A stretch of DNA of 63,097 bases, counting the filler, from Octopus bimaculoides (lineage: Eukaryota), in NCBI RefSeq assembly GCF_001194135.2. It is 4 parts of 4 records of this genome, joined end to end, with 100 filler letters (N's around TTAATTAATTAA, not from the genome) between each part and the next. Parts side by side here need not be neighbours in the genome. Positions count along the whole stretch, not along the records: positions 45,747 to 57,778 come from NC_068984.1; positions 57,879 to 63,097 come from NC_069010.1; 2 more parts are not named here. One strand, given 5' to 3'. Every line of letters begins with the position of its first letter. Positions within the stretch are counted from its first letter, which is position 1. Position numbers and translations under genes: made by a program. Below the pieces are notes generated by a model, which worked only from the letters and a program-made list of their open reading frames with translations, had not been told where the DNA came from and ran no database searches. This document shows, one piece after another, positions 51,530 through 63,097 of the stretch.

Positions 51530-52611
51530 GCTAGCTAGCTAGCTATCTGTCTGTCTCTTTGTCTCTCTGTTTCTGTTTCTCAACATCTTTCAATTCATCG
51601 GTCTGTGATTGTGATATTATTCTGCAGACTATATGTATCTCCGAGACACATGAAGAGATATATCGAATTGTTGTTGCTCATGTGAAAAATAACGAGAAGA
51701 TTATCATTGACATTGCTTTTATTTATTTCATTCAAATCAAGCAAGCAGATGCAGTATGAAATTTTTCACTGCTCGAGATGAAACAGCGTATCCAGGGAAG
51801 TAACTCTACAGTCCAAATTTCGAGTGAACTTTCTTCTTTGATTTGAACAGTATCAAAGAAAAGAAACAATGCAAATAAATAGAAATATATATGCTATATA
51901 TCGATTCTCTTATTAACAAGATGTTGTTTCTAACTGTATATTGTAATGTCTTCAGGCTTTTCAGCTTTTTGCTTTCGTTACCTGTTGGTTCCATTCTCTT
52001 GAGAAAGTGCAAGAGAAAGTTAGCAACTGAATATTTTTGTTTAAATATTTAAGATACATTTTATTCAAAAATTTAGTACTGCTCTATTTTACCTAAAATA
52101 ACGGTATGAGTTAGTGAATAGAACATTGGACTCACTCTTTTCATTTCAAATATTATCAAAGAAATCTGGTGCAGATATGGTTGCAATGATCAAAAATTCG
52201 TTTCGCAAACATGCCCGCTTTGGTTCAATTCGTCTGAAGAACCGAAACAAGAAATTCGTAGTAGCGACTCATGCAGAATCAGTTTGAATAAATGTCATTC
52301 CTCTTTGTCTAATAGTATTTAATATTTTTATGTATTCATGTGTGCGGATGTGGAAGACAGGGAATAATCAAGGGGAAAAGGGAATAAAGAAGCACAAGAG
52401 TGTACTTTTTGGAGTTGAAGTGTAAGTTAGGAACGTTGAAAGTACAAGCTTAGTAATGCAGAGAACAAAAATAGAACTCAAAACACGAGTATATATGTAT
52501 GTATGTATGTATGTATGGATGTATACTTAGATGCACAAATACTTATATAAGTTTCGGCCAGCATTGGCCCAGGCCTTGTCTAACTTAATAGCATCACTTG
52601 GAATATATATA

Positions 52612-53093
52612 TCTATATATATAAAACTGGGAATGTGTGAGTGTCTACCTGTTTGCCTGTCTGTCTGACTGTCTGTATGTGTGAATCCTTAAAACTCGAG
52701 AACTACCCAACTGATTTCATTCAAATTTGGCACATGAATTACATAGAGCACATGGAGTGTCATGGGCCAAAACATTTTCAACTTCTTGTCTAATGAGGGC
52801 CCGGAGTAATCTTTTAGGCTGGTTCGGTATTACGTGTCAAAAGCGAATATTATTTCACTTTTATTCTTTCACTTTTAATTCTAATGTGATATAACTATGA
52901 TATTGTTTCACTTTATTCTTTCACTTTAATTCTAATGTGAGAACACTATAATATTGTTTCACTTCTATTTTTTCGCTTTTAATTCTAATATGATAACACT
53001 AAGTCCAAGGTGTATGAAAAAACACATTTACTGTTCAATTACCAGTTAATACCAGTTAATAATTACCGCAGCAGTTGCAAGGTATTTACTCAG
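52612..53093 (+). mobile_element. Non-autonomous Helitron-like element
   Basis: A|TCTATATATATAAAA start, gatttcattcaaatttggcac core, three internal ~54-bp tandem units, subterminal hairpin tacc-gca..tgc-aaggta, then CT(C)AG|T. Confidence 0.6.
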
Positions 53094-53239
53094 TACCAAC
53101 ATAAAACGCACATGCAGACACATACACACCACCCAGATAAACCCAACACACAAGGACACCTAATGAATACAACACACACATACACACTCACACATACCCA
53201 CACACACATACATATGAACCCCCCCCCCAAAAAAAAAAC

Positions 53240-53248
53240 ATGCGGTTG

Positions 53249-53299
<51 letters not shown>

Positions 53300-53477
53300 A
53301 CACCACAAGGACAATTCAAACAACACAAACATACTTAGAGACACACACACTCATGTTCCCAGACATAACATCCCCACCAACACAAAACACAAACATACAC
53401 ACGCGTACATACATACGTACACATACATACGTACACATACATACGTACACATACATACGTACACATACATACAGTTG

Positions 53478-53523
<46 letters not shown>

Positions 53524-53780
53524 ACAAGGGTTTTTAAAACAACACATACATTCTCAGACAGAGAGACACACACACTCCCGCTCCTACACATAACATCCCC
53601 CATCAACACAAAGCACACAAACATACACACGCACACACACAGACGCACACATACATACGCACCCTCACACATACATACGGTTGCTCACACACACACCACA
53701 AGGACAATTAAAACAACACATACATACTCAGACAGAAACACACACACACTCTCACATACACACACGCGAACAAACACATA
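53240..53780. repeat. Three diverged tandem copies (about 200-230 bp) of a CA-rich unit
   Basis: gttgctcacacac...accacaagg...aaaacaacaca recurs at about 53245, 53475 and 53680. Confidence 0.8.
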
Positions 53781-54169
53781 CACACACATGCGCACACATA
53801 ACACCCTAACAAATATTAATCACACACACACACACACACACATACGAACATGCACACATATACACACGCTACAATAAACTTTGGGACCAATCAAAAACGA
53901 CTCACACACAGACACAAACACATGAATTTACACACACACACTTAGAGATGTGAACAGAGACATTCTAACCTCGAAGACCAGTTCCAAATACCACTGAACC
54001 ATGACTAACCCATGAAACAATACAAAAAATCCTTTTAATTCTACATTGCTCTTCCTTCCTCCCACTCCAACCAGCCTCCCACACTGTCCCTTAAAATAGC
54101 CAACAGACAAGAGAGAAAACATGTCAAAAAGATGGGCCAGTTCCTCTCCAATAATTTGTAAATTCTTAA

Positions 54170-54530
54170 ATATATGTATTTCAATACTTAAACTGTTTTA
54201 AATATTTTCTTAGTATTATCAGAGAATGTATATTTGTATTTTAATATTTTTGTGACAACCAGTCCTTAACACTTCAAAGCTTATACAATGCTTTATATTT
54301 TAAACATATTCTTCCTATTATTATCAAAGAATGTATATATGTATTTTAATACTTAAACTGTTTTTTAAACATTTTCTATTATTATCAAAGAATATATATG
54401 TATTTTTATATATGTATTTTAATACTTAAACTATTTTTAACATCTTCTTATTATTATTATCAGAGAATGTATATCTGTATCTTAGTACTTTTGTGACAAC
54501 CTGTACTTAACACTACAAAGCTTATATAAA
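54170..54530. repeat. AT-rich diverged tandem repeat
   Basis: aatacttaaact...tattatca(g/a)agaatgtatat recurs three to four times. Confidence 0.75.
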
Positions 54531-55309
54531 GCATTAATATTTTACTTTTGACAATCTTTTTCTAAAAAAGTGAAACCGGTAAAGTGAATAAACATCTTAC
54601 ATACATGTACATATATATGCATATACTCATATATTGTTTGTATCACGACAGAACGCACGCGTTACCTTTATACAGTAAGTTTTAACTATTTTTCTAACGC
54701 GACTCTCTCTATTTCTATCTCCCCCTCTCATTCTTCCCTCTACTGTTCTTCGCCTCTACTTGTCACTACTTCTCTCTCTCTCTCTCTATCTCTTGTTACT
54801 CGTCCTTCGCCTCTCACCGTTACTACTACTATCTCTCTCTCTCTCTCTACCTCTCGTTGCTCACTTTTATNNNNNNNNNNNNNNNNNNNNNNNNNNNNNN
54901 NNNNNNNNNNNNNNNNNNNNNNNNNNNNNNNNNNNNNNNNNNNNNNNNNNNNNNNNNNNNNNNNNNNNNNNNNNNNNNNNNNNNNNNNNNNNNNNNNNNN
55001 NNNNNNNNNNNNNNNNNNNNNNNNNNNNNNNNNNNNNNNNNNNNNNNNNNNNNNNNNNNNNNNNNNNNNNNNNNNNNNNNNNNNNNNNNNNNNNNNNNNN
55101 NNNNNNNNNNNNNNNNNNNNNNNNNNNNNNNNNNNNNNNNNNNNNNNNNNNNNNNNNNNNNNNNNNNNNNNNNNNNNNNNNNNNNNNNNNNNNNNNNNNN
55201 NNNNNNNNNAATATTTTACTTTTGACAATCTTTTTCTAAAAAAGTGAAACCGGTAAAGTGAATAAACATCTTACATACATGTACATATATATGCATATAC
55301 TCATATATT

Positions 55310-55344
<35 letters not shown>

Positions 55345-55347
<3 letters not shown>

Positions 55348-56260
55348 TCCCTGGCTCAAGCGCGTTCACCTATGCATAACTTTCAGCGCTTCGTCCTGTT
55401 GATGTAGGGGCCTGGGTTTTCGAGGATTTTCCATGAGATCGAGTGTGGGATTCCGTCGTCTCTTAGTTGCCAGACGTTACTGAAGAGTGATGCTACGTAT
55501 CTCCTTTCCGCGACCCTGAAGTGGGATTTATGGTTGGAAATGCGTTGCTTGAGAGAAATCCCAGGACATCCAATGTATTTCCGTATGCGCGCGATGTCGG
55601 TGCTGCACCTGTTGCTGTTGCTGCAGTCGCTGATGGTGCTGTTGTTGCTGTTGCTATTGATGCTGGAGCTGGAGTTGGTGCGGCTGGAGGTGGTGGTGGC
55701 GTCGGTAATATTATCGCCTCTGCGTGTTTCAGAACCTGTGGTCCCCACTTGGAGGACTACTTTGTCCTTACGTGAAGGAATAAGAGGAACGCCATAATCC
55801 TGTACTTCCGGTGCGTCATGTGTCAGTTCAAGTAGATCGCCATCAAGGGACAAGCAACGAGCCTCTATAACTTGAGATTGCATGTCAAAAGGAAACACCC
55901 AGCGCATGCCATTCAATTTGAGGAGAGGATTAAAGCTGGTTTTTCTCGTAGCAAACACAGGCAATCCTCTGGCCGCAGAGTCGATAGCCAATCGTCGCAG
56001 CCATGTACAAGCCTAACATTGGCGAGGTGTTTGACCAAACTGCTGGCACTGGCGTCTGACAGTCCATGGGGAACAGAAAGATTGTAAACCTGTGTTTGTC
56101 GACAACATGCTACCGCTGCATGTAGTGGAGCCCCCCCCCCATCTTTGTCGGCCTAATCAAGATGCTGAACCCCAGCAAGACGTCGATGTCCCGCCGCACC
56201 CTGGGCAGGATGATCTTAGCCAGCCATAGACAGCTGAAGGAGTATCATACAAGGTATTCA
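55345..56260 (-). mobile_element. Penelope-like element C-terminal GIY-YIG remnant
   Basis: KYIG...KQRISNHKSHF...SLFSNVWQL...ISWKILE....Y...TKR*KLC.GE; upstream YSFSC motif; ORF 55383-55991. Confidence 0.8.
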
Positions 56261-56420
56261 TAAGTCAAAATTATACAAGTGTATTAAATTATGATTATGG
56301 TGTACGTCATATTTTCTTAATTTAATTTAATTATTTAATTATTTATCAAATAATTATTTTCTTAATTAATGTAATAGAATGTATAATAGCTAATTGAAAT
56401 AAATGTCTTGATATATATTA

Positions 56421-57779
56421 CAGTTATACCTCGCAGTACGAGTTTAATTCGTTCTATAACCGAGCTCGTCTTACGATTTACTCGTTTTACAAATCAATTT
56501 TCCCCATTGAAATTAACCAAAATATAATTAATCCATACCAGCCCCACAAAATCACCATGTAATGATTTTTTATGGGTTTTAAAGCAGAAAAGGTGTAGTT
56601 ACAAGTAAAAGGACAATTATAAAAAGGAGAATGCAAAAGAAATATGTAAACTGGTTTTATTAACTGAATGACCTTAAATATGGAACGATTTGTGCGCGAG
56701 GAAGACGATAGAGCGGGGAGGAGGATTACTGTTTGGAAAGAGAATCTCTTTTCATTAAGACTTCGGGAAGAGCAATTTCTGGCATTTTCTCTCTCCCTTC
56801 GCTTAATTTAAGCTTTTTGAACACTCTTTCTTCATTTTTTACACTTGCAAGTCGTTTCATTAGGAACATAGCAAGAGAAGTCTGTTTTTCTTCCCTTTCA
56901 AAAAGATATGAAAATGCGTCAGAGCAATGTCATTAAATAAAGCAGCTGAACGACTTGTAGCTACTTTTTCAGGATGATATTTTTGTGCAAATTCAGAAAC
57001 ATACTGCCACTTCGCCAACACCGCCTTTATGTCACTCGTAGAGATAGCATTCTCCATTACACTGTCCTCCTCCGGGGAACCAATCTCTTCCGCATCCAAA
57101 TGCTGCTGCTCCAGAAGCTGCAGGAGTTCATCTGTCGTCAGTTTCTCTGAGTGTTCTTTGATGAGGTCGTTAATGTCCCTATCATCAACCTCCAGGCGCA
57201 CGGGCTTGCCAAGAGACACTATCTCCTCGAATACAAGTGTCTCAGACTTAAACCCCTCAAAATATCTTTCGGATACGCAGTCAGACCACAGTTTCCTCCA
57301 TGCAAAATTCAGCGTTCTCCTCGTTACACCCTGCCAGGCTATATCGACGATTTCCAAAGCACCTGACTTCAAGGCACCGGATGAAACAGGTGTTTGGTAT
57401 ACAATTACTGAAAATTAGAAATCACCTGTTGGTCAATGGGCTACAAGATAGGGCTGATTGCGTGAAACGTACATAGCTTTTATAAATTTAAATTCGTCCA
57501 GGATAACATCTTCGAGGTTAAGAGGGTGAACAGGAGTATTGTCGAGGTTAAGAGGGCCTTGAGAGAAGGATTGTTCTCCAGAAAGTACTTTTTACTGCTG
57601 GTCTGAAGACAAGGCTGACCCACTCGGAGAAGAATTGCTTGGTGACTCAAACTTTAACGTTTGTCCTCCACATGACCTGCAGCTTTTCCTTCACGATTTT
57701 GTGTAACTTGAACGTTCGTGGGTTTTCGGAATGGTAGACAAGGAGCGGTTTAGTCTTCAAGTCTCCACTCGCATTGGCN
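56421..57779 (-). mobile_element. Tigger/pogo transposon 3' half (DDE_1 domain) with TIR
   Basis: NASGDLKTKPLLVYHSENPR, LDNTPVHP, PIDQQVISNF, AWRKLW, ELTTDEL-like motifs; TA-CAGTTATACCTCG terminus at 56421. Confidence 0.9.
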
Positions 57780-57989
57780 NNNNNNNNNNNNNNNNNNNNN
57801 NNNNNNNNNNNNNNNNNNNNNNTTAATTAATTAANNNNNNNNNNNNNNNNNNNNNNNNNNNNNNNNNNNNNNNNNNNNAAGAAGAAGAAGAAGAAGAAGA
57901 AGAAGAAGAAGAAGAAGAAGAAGAAGAAGAAGAAGAAGAAGAAGAAGAAGAAGAAGAAGAAGAAGAAGAAGACGACGACGACGACGACG

Positions 57990-58698
57990 ACACCAGAAAG
58001 TGATAAGTGCAGAATTTATGGATAAAATGGGAATAGACAACACAGCAGAAAGTGATAAGTGCAGAATCTGTGAACAAAATGGTGAAACCATATGGCATAT
58101 TACCAGTCAATGTACGCCACTAGCCTAGAAGGAATATGAGAGACATTATAACAATATAGCAAGGATTGTCCATTGGACACTTTGCTACAAGTATGGACTT
58201 GACAGAGAAAAAAATTGGTACGACCACAAACCCGTAGGCATCATCGAAAATGATAATGCAAAGATCCTGTGGGATTTTGTGATTCAGTGCGACCATGAGA
58301 TAGAGAATAGGAAGCTAAACATAGTCTTAATTGAGAAAGAAAACAAACCACGCTGGATCATAGATATAGCATGCCCAGCTGACAAGTTATGCGATAAGGA
58401 AGAAAGAAAAGTCGATAGATATGACAGGTTAGCTTGGGAGGTTAAGAACTTGTGGTCGATGAAAAAGGTAGCAGTAGTACCAATAATTGTCAGAGCCCTG
58501 GAAACAGTGAGTAAAAATCTTGAGAAGTACATGGAAGAAATAGGGGCTGCAATAAGGGTGGAGCACTTGCAGAAAACAGCACTGCTTTGAACCGCTCGAA
58601 TACTCCGGATGGTGCTCGAAAAATAAGAGTTGTTACCGTAGTTCATTTGTAGTGAACAGCTGACACCGCAGTACATCTAGTGTTAGAAGCTGTGCAAA

Positions 58699-58702
<4 letters not shown>
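57990..58702 (+). mobile_element. Dong-like LINE 3' fragment with (TAA)n tail, family e
   Basis: CRICEQNGETIWHITSQC knuckle, ILWDFVIQCDHEI, IIDIACP, VPIIV.AL; tail taataataat from 58700. Confidence 0.92.
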
Positions 58703-58754
<52 letters not shown>

Positions 58755-58769
58755 TAATAATAATAATAA

Positions 58770-58935
58770 TAATGGTTTCAAATAATAATAATAATAATAA
58801 TGGTTTCAAATTTTGCCACAAGAGCAGCAATTTTGGAGAAGAAGATGATGATTTGATANNNNNNNNNNGAAAGGGTAAAAGTCAGTTGACCTCGGTGGAA
58901 TTTAATCTTCAGAACGTGGTGACGAGCGAAATTCA
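58770..58935 (-). mobile_element. SINE family A, short tail, tail-to-tail with the Dong element
   Basis: Tail gctcttgtggcaaaatttgaaacc-(ATT)n with a duplicated tttgaaacc end; interrupted by a short N gap. Confidence 0.75.
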
Positions 58936-59360
58936 AATTTTTTTCTTCTACATACAAGCTTTCATACGTTTCGTTTTGGGATTTGGTTTGCAAGATTCTT
59001 TATGTGAGTTCGTGTGCTGAAGCATATTCTGTTGTGGGGAGACTCATTCTCTTTTAGTGCCTTATAATTTGACACACTCACTGGTAACCTTTCCACTCAT
59101 TTTCGTCTTTATTTTTCTAGAATTTTCGTTGCGTCTTTTCAATAGTTTTGACTCTGTCCATTATTCACACTCCGTTCGTTTTGTTTGTTTGTGCGTATGT
59201 GTGTGGGTTAGTGTGTGTGTACATACACATATATGTATGTTTGCATGCATGCGTGTATGCATGTATGTGTGTGTGCATATGCGTATACGAACATTTGTAT
59301 GTATGTACGTATGTATTGTGCATATTCATGTGATTGCGTGTCTGTGTGTGTGTGTTTATG

Positions 59361-59405
<45 letters not shown>

Positions 59406-59769
59406 CTCTGTGTGTGCATGTCTGAATGTGTGTGTTTGTGTGTGTAGTTTTTACAACTATGTACCGTGTTGGTATTTATGGACGTGTGTCTCCATATGTG
59501 TCCTTGTGTGAAGTTTAGTGTGTGTGTATATATATATGGTCATGTGTTTCAGTCTTTATTTGTGTTTGTGTGTATGTGTGCTTGTCTGTTCATATAACCT
59601 ATGTACCTATCTGTCTGTATGTCTATTTGTTTACTTTCATATCCATATGCTAATATACATGCGCATATACATACACCCACATACACACATACATACATCT
59701 GTCTACATAACAGCCCACTAAGTATTCTACTCTACCTGTGTAAACTGTGGGTATGCGGGTATGATATCT

Positions 59770-60065
59770 ACTATGTATATTTCCTATTTAGTACTGAGGA
59801 AATTTCATTTATTATGTCTGAGTGTTGGGTCCTTTGGGTGCTTGGATAAGATGCGGATGTCAAAATGACCCAGGTTGTCTCCATATTGGTCATTGGCATG
59901 TTGGTAGTGTATGGAGGACTGGTTTTTGTCGTCATATTGTCTCAAATGTTATTTAGTCGTTCGACAATGCTCCTAGATGTCTCCCCTATGAATGTCATGT
60001 TCATGTCTTTACAAGCACTTTCTATGCATCTTATGCTATAAACTACATTTCTAGTTTTGTTGTGT
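59770..60065 (-). mobile_element. Penelope-like GIY-YIG endonuclease remnant, second family
   Basis: RNVVYSIRC...CKDMNMTFIGETSRSIVERL...FDIRILSKHPKDPTLR..LNRK with frameshifts. Confidence 0.8.
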
Positions 60066-60289
60066 GTTATTTAAAGTCGATTTAACTGTTATGTTTGGGC
60101 CGCGGTTATGGTACACATTACTGGGCCAAGTTACCATGCATTGGAATTGAACCCATGAAAATCTGGTTGCAAACCACCCTTCTTAACACAATACCATCCG
60201 TGCCTTTATGCTGACTAAGTTTTAATTGTAAATATGACGCAATACTTGAAATAAAATTATCTTACAAAGAAATGCTAAAAATAACGATA

Positions 60290-60575
60290 AATGCTTCTAA
60301 GAAAATTCACCCCTCCCCTACAATACAAATGCGCACATTATTTCTAGTTTACAATTTGTTTTCGTCTTACCACGAAATACATTGGGTGGAGTCATGCGCG
60401 TAGAAGGAAATTGAAGTAACAAAAGGAATGGGGGTGAGTCCGTAAGAGAAGGCAAACACAAATCATAAGTTTTGCTCCGCTGAAAACAAAGATAATTTGG
60501 AGTTTCTGTGCTTTGGATTAAATACGATATTAATCAACATAAAACAGCTACAATTTATCGTAAGTTGAGTTAATC
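60290..60575. repeat. Diverged direct duplication, copy 1 (copy 2 at 61248-61560)
   Basis: Colinear about 280-310 bp match; each copy followed by (CT)n, (CA)n and a SINE B 3' module. Confidence 0.85.
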
Positions 60576-60580
60576 AGTCC

Positions 60581-60635
<55 letters not shown>

Positions 60636-60664
60636 ACACACACAACCACACTCTCACAATTTTT

Positions 60665-60870
60665 TATTCTTTTACTTGTTTCTGTCATTTGTCTACGGCC
60701 ATGTCTGAGCACGTCTTAAGGAATCGTACACGAAGAAATCGAACCCTGATTTTGGAAGTGCAGTTCTTATTCTATCGTTCCTCTTATTGCCGAACCGCTA
60801 AGTTACAGGGAAGTAAACACATCAGCATCGGTTGTCAAATAATGGTGAGGAGGAAAACACACAGACACAA
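60665..60870 (-). mobile_element. SINE B 3' module
   Basis: Matches B tail; no head visible. Confidence 0.8.
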
Positions 60871-61578
60871 ACAGACATATATATTTACTTACTCTCTCAC
60901 ACACACACACACACACGCACACACACACACATATACACACATATACTTACATAGATACTTGTATATATATTCATTTATAAATATATATATATATATATAA
61001 ATATATATATACATATATATATGCATACATACAGACACACACAGACACAACCACACACAGACACACAGACAACACACACACACACACACGCACACACACA
61101 CACACACACATACACACACACACGGAGTAACTGTTCGGCGGAGGTGATGAAAAATTAAAATTACAAATCGATTTTAGGTTGCTTAAATTCTAACAATTTA
61201 TCACCTGTGTGTTAATTCCGCATTATAATCACAGAAATTGCATTTGTAAATACTTCTAAGAAAATCCCACCCTCCCATACAATAGAAATGTGCACATTGT
61301 TTCCGGTTTACAAATTTTTGATCTCACCACGTTTATTTGGCACACAAAGAAATACATTGGGTGGAGTCATATGCGTAGAAGGAAAATGAAACAACAAAGA
61401 GAGTGGGAGTGAGTGAAAAGCAGAGTTCGTAAGAGAAGGCAAACACGAATCATAAGTTTTGCTCCACTGTAAACGGAGGTAATTTCGAGTTTCTGTGCTT
61501 TGGATTAAATGGGATATTAATGAGCAGAGAACAGCTACAACTTATCGTAAGTTCAGTTTAGTCTATCAATCATTTTAT

Positions 61579-61619
<41 letters not shown>

Positions 61620-61684
61620 TCGCTCACACACATACACATTCTTTTAATTTCTGTTAAACTTATAATTGTTTAAGTAATTTGATT

Positions 61685-61855
61685 GCTACCATGCAGGAGC
61701 ACCATCCTTAGGCGAGCAAATCGACCTCCAGGACTTATACTTTGTAAGCCTAGTACTTATTCTATCGGTCACTTTTGCCGAACCGCTAAGGTACAGGGAT
61801 GTAAACACGCCAGTATTGGTTGCCAAGCGATAGTGCGGTGACAGACACAGACACA
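61685..61855 (-). mobile_element. SINE B 3' module
   Basis: Matches B tail; upstream lies (TA)n and an N gap. Confidence 0.85.
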
Positions 61856-61871
61856 CATATATGTATATGTA

Positions 61872-61902
<31 letters not shown>

Positions 61903-61943
61903 GTATGTATATACCTATATGTATATATGTATGTATATGTATA

Positions 61944-61978
<35 letters not shown>

Positions 61979-62500
61979 NNNNNNNNNNNNNNNNNNNNNN
62001 NNNNNNNNNNNNNNNNNNNNNNNNNNNNNNNNNNNNNNNNNNNNNNNNNNNNNNNNNNNNNNNNNNNNNNNNNNNNNNNNNNNNNNNNNNNNNNNNNNNN
62101 NNNNNNNNNNNNNNNNNNNNNNNNNNNNNNNNNNATATATATACACCTGCTGCCAAGTGGTAATAGAGTTTCCTGTACACGGTATATAAGTTCCAATGGA
62201 AGTTCATATTTAGTCATTTCAAAGCATGGAGCCGTAGAATCAGTGTTACTCGTTCGAAATTGTTTTGTGGTGTGAATGAAAATTTGAGAATGTCTTGGTA
62301 GTATTAATGGATCGATTGAGGGAGGAGAGATGTGTATGATATAGTAAAATAATGATTCAGAAAGATTTGGGTACTTCAAAAGATAAGCACCATGCTGGGT
62401 TGGATAAACTTGTGGTTCCGACCTATGGTCTATAAGTATCAAATAGAATATTCGGGTTGTATACATATAGAAAACCAACCCTATAAGTATTTAGTACCTA

Positions 62501-62626
62501 GGGCCGGGTCTACAGCACGCGTCACGTTGAACTATACATTGTTACGACTTGTCGCAGACCCTCGAGGGTGAGCGACAAGTCGTAACAACGTATACTTCAA
62601 CGTGACGCGTGTTGTAGACCCGACCC
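62501..62626. repeat. 126-bp near-perfect palindrome (fold-back/MITE-like)
   Basis: 55-bp arms with 4 differences around a centre containing the perfect palindrome accctcgagggt. Confidence 0.95.
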
Positions 62627-62689
62627 AAATGTAAAACAACAGACGATGGAACTGTAATGAGCTGACAGTAATCCATTATCTGTTATTAA

Positions 62690-62820
62690 TCGCTTGACCC
62701 TAGGATCTACGATTTTAAACCCTCATACTTACTCTCGGTTTCCTTTGCTGAAATGGTACGATAAGCACAGATAGACACATCACCACGGATTTTCAAGCGA
62801 TGGAGGGGATGAACAGAGAG
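62690..62820 (-). mobile_element. Decayed SINE B 3' module
   Basis: caagcgatggaggggatgaacag and tttgctgaa remnants. Confidence 0.5.
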
Positions 62821-62902
62821 AGGCACACACATAGACATGTACATATATAAATATATATATATTATATATATATAATTGCTCTCTCTCTCTCTCTCTCTCT
62901 CT

Positions 62903-62941
<39 letters not shown>

Positions 62942-63097
62942 CAATGTTAATTCTCTAAATGAAGTATTAACAGTAACCGCACGATAAAGTGTAGTATATT
63001 GCCACTTAAGTGTGGCTGACCCCTAGGGGTGGATGTTACTGTTGCTTTTAGCCCCAGGAGGACATCTCCTCCAGCTGGCTTATCGACACACTACTGT

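Noticed and set aside
54539-55312. ~100-bp exact direct repeat either side of a gap
   Set aside because: Could be a real duplication but equally an assembly overlap; not an LTR pair (no TG...CA ends).

Overview
AT-rich animal genomic DNA from a draft assembly, with about 10 kb of N gaps. It is almost entirely microsatellite and decayed transposable elements. The SINE and microsatellite landscape looks like an octopus genome (inference from remembered repeat families, not a database match). I found no supportable host gene, tRNA/rRNA gene or CRISPR array; most long ORFs in the track are microsatellite or N-gap artefacts. Supported content: several tRNA-headed SINE families in many copies, about ten fragments of R4/Dong-clade (restriction-like endonuclease) LINEs, two Penelope GIY-YIG remnants, a Tx1/L1-like ORF1, an I-group RT remnant, six Tc1/mariner/maT/Tigger transposase remnants, MITEs, a solo LTR and a Helitron-like element. 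The strongest unexpected signal is a set of type I minimal hammerhead ribozyme motifs with palindromic stem III. One has a fully canonical core (34471-34515, minus), one a U4C variant core (6258-6306, minus), one a G12U change (49351-49444, plus), and several are more decayed. Other notable structure: Dong LINEs stacked in (TAA)n arrays that meet SINE tails, a SINE core amplified into a 38-bp minisatellite, a 126-bp near-perfect palindrome, and a 3' tail shared by a SINE and a LINE-like end.
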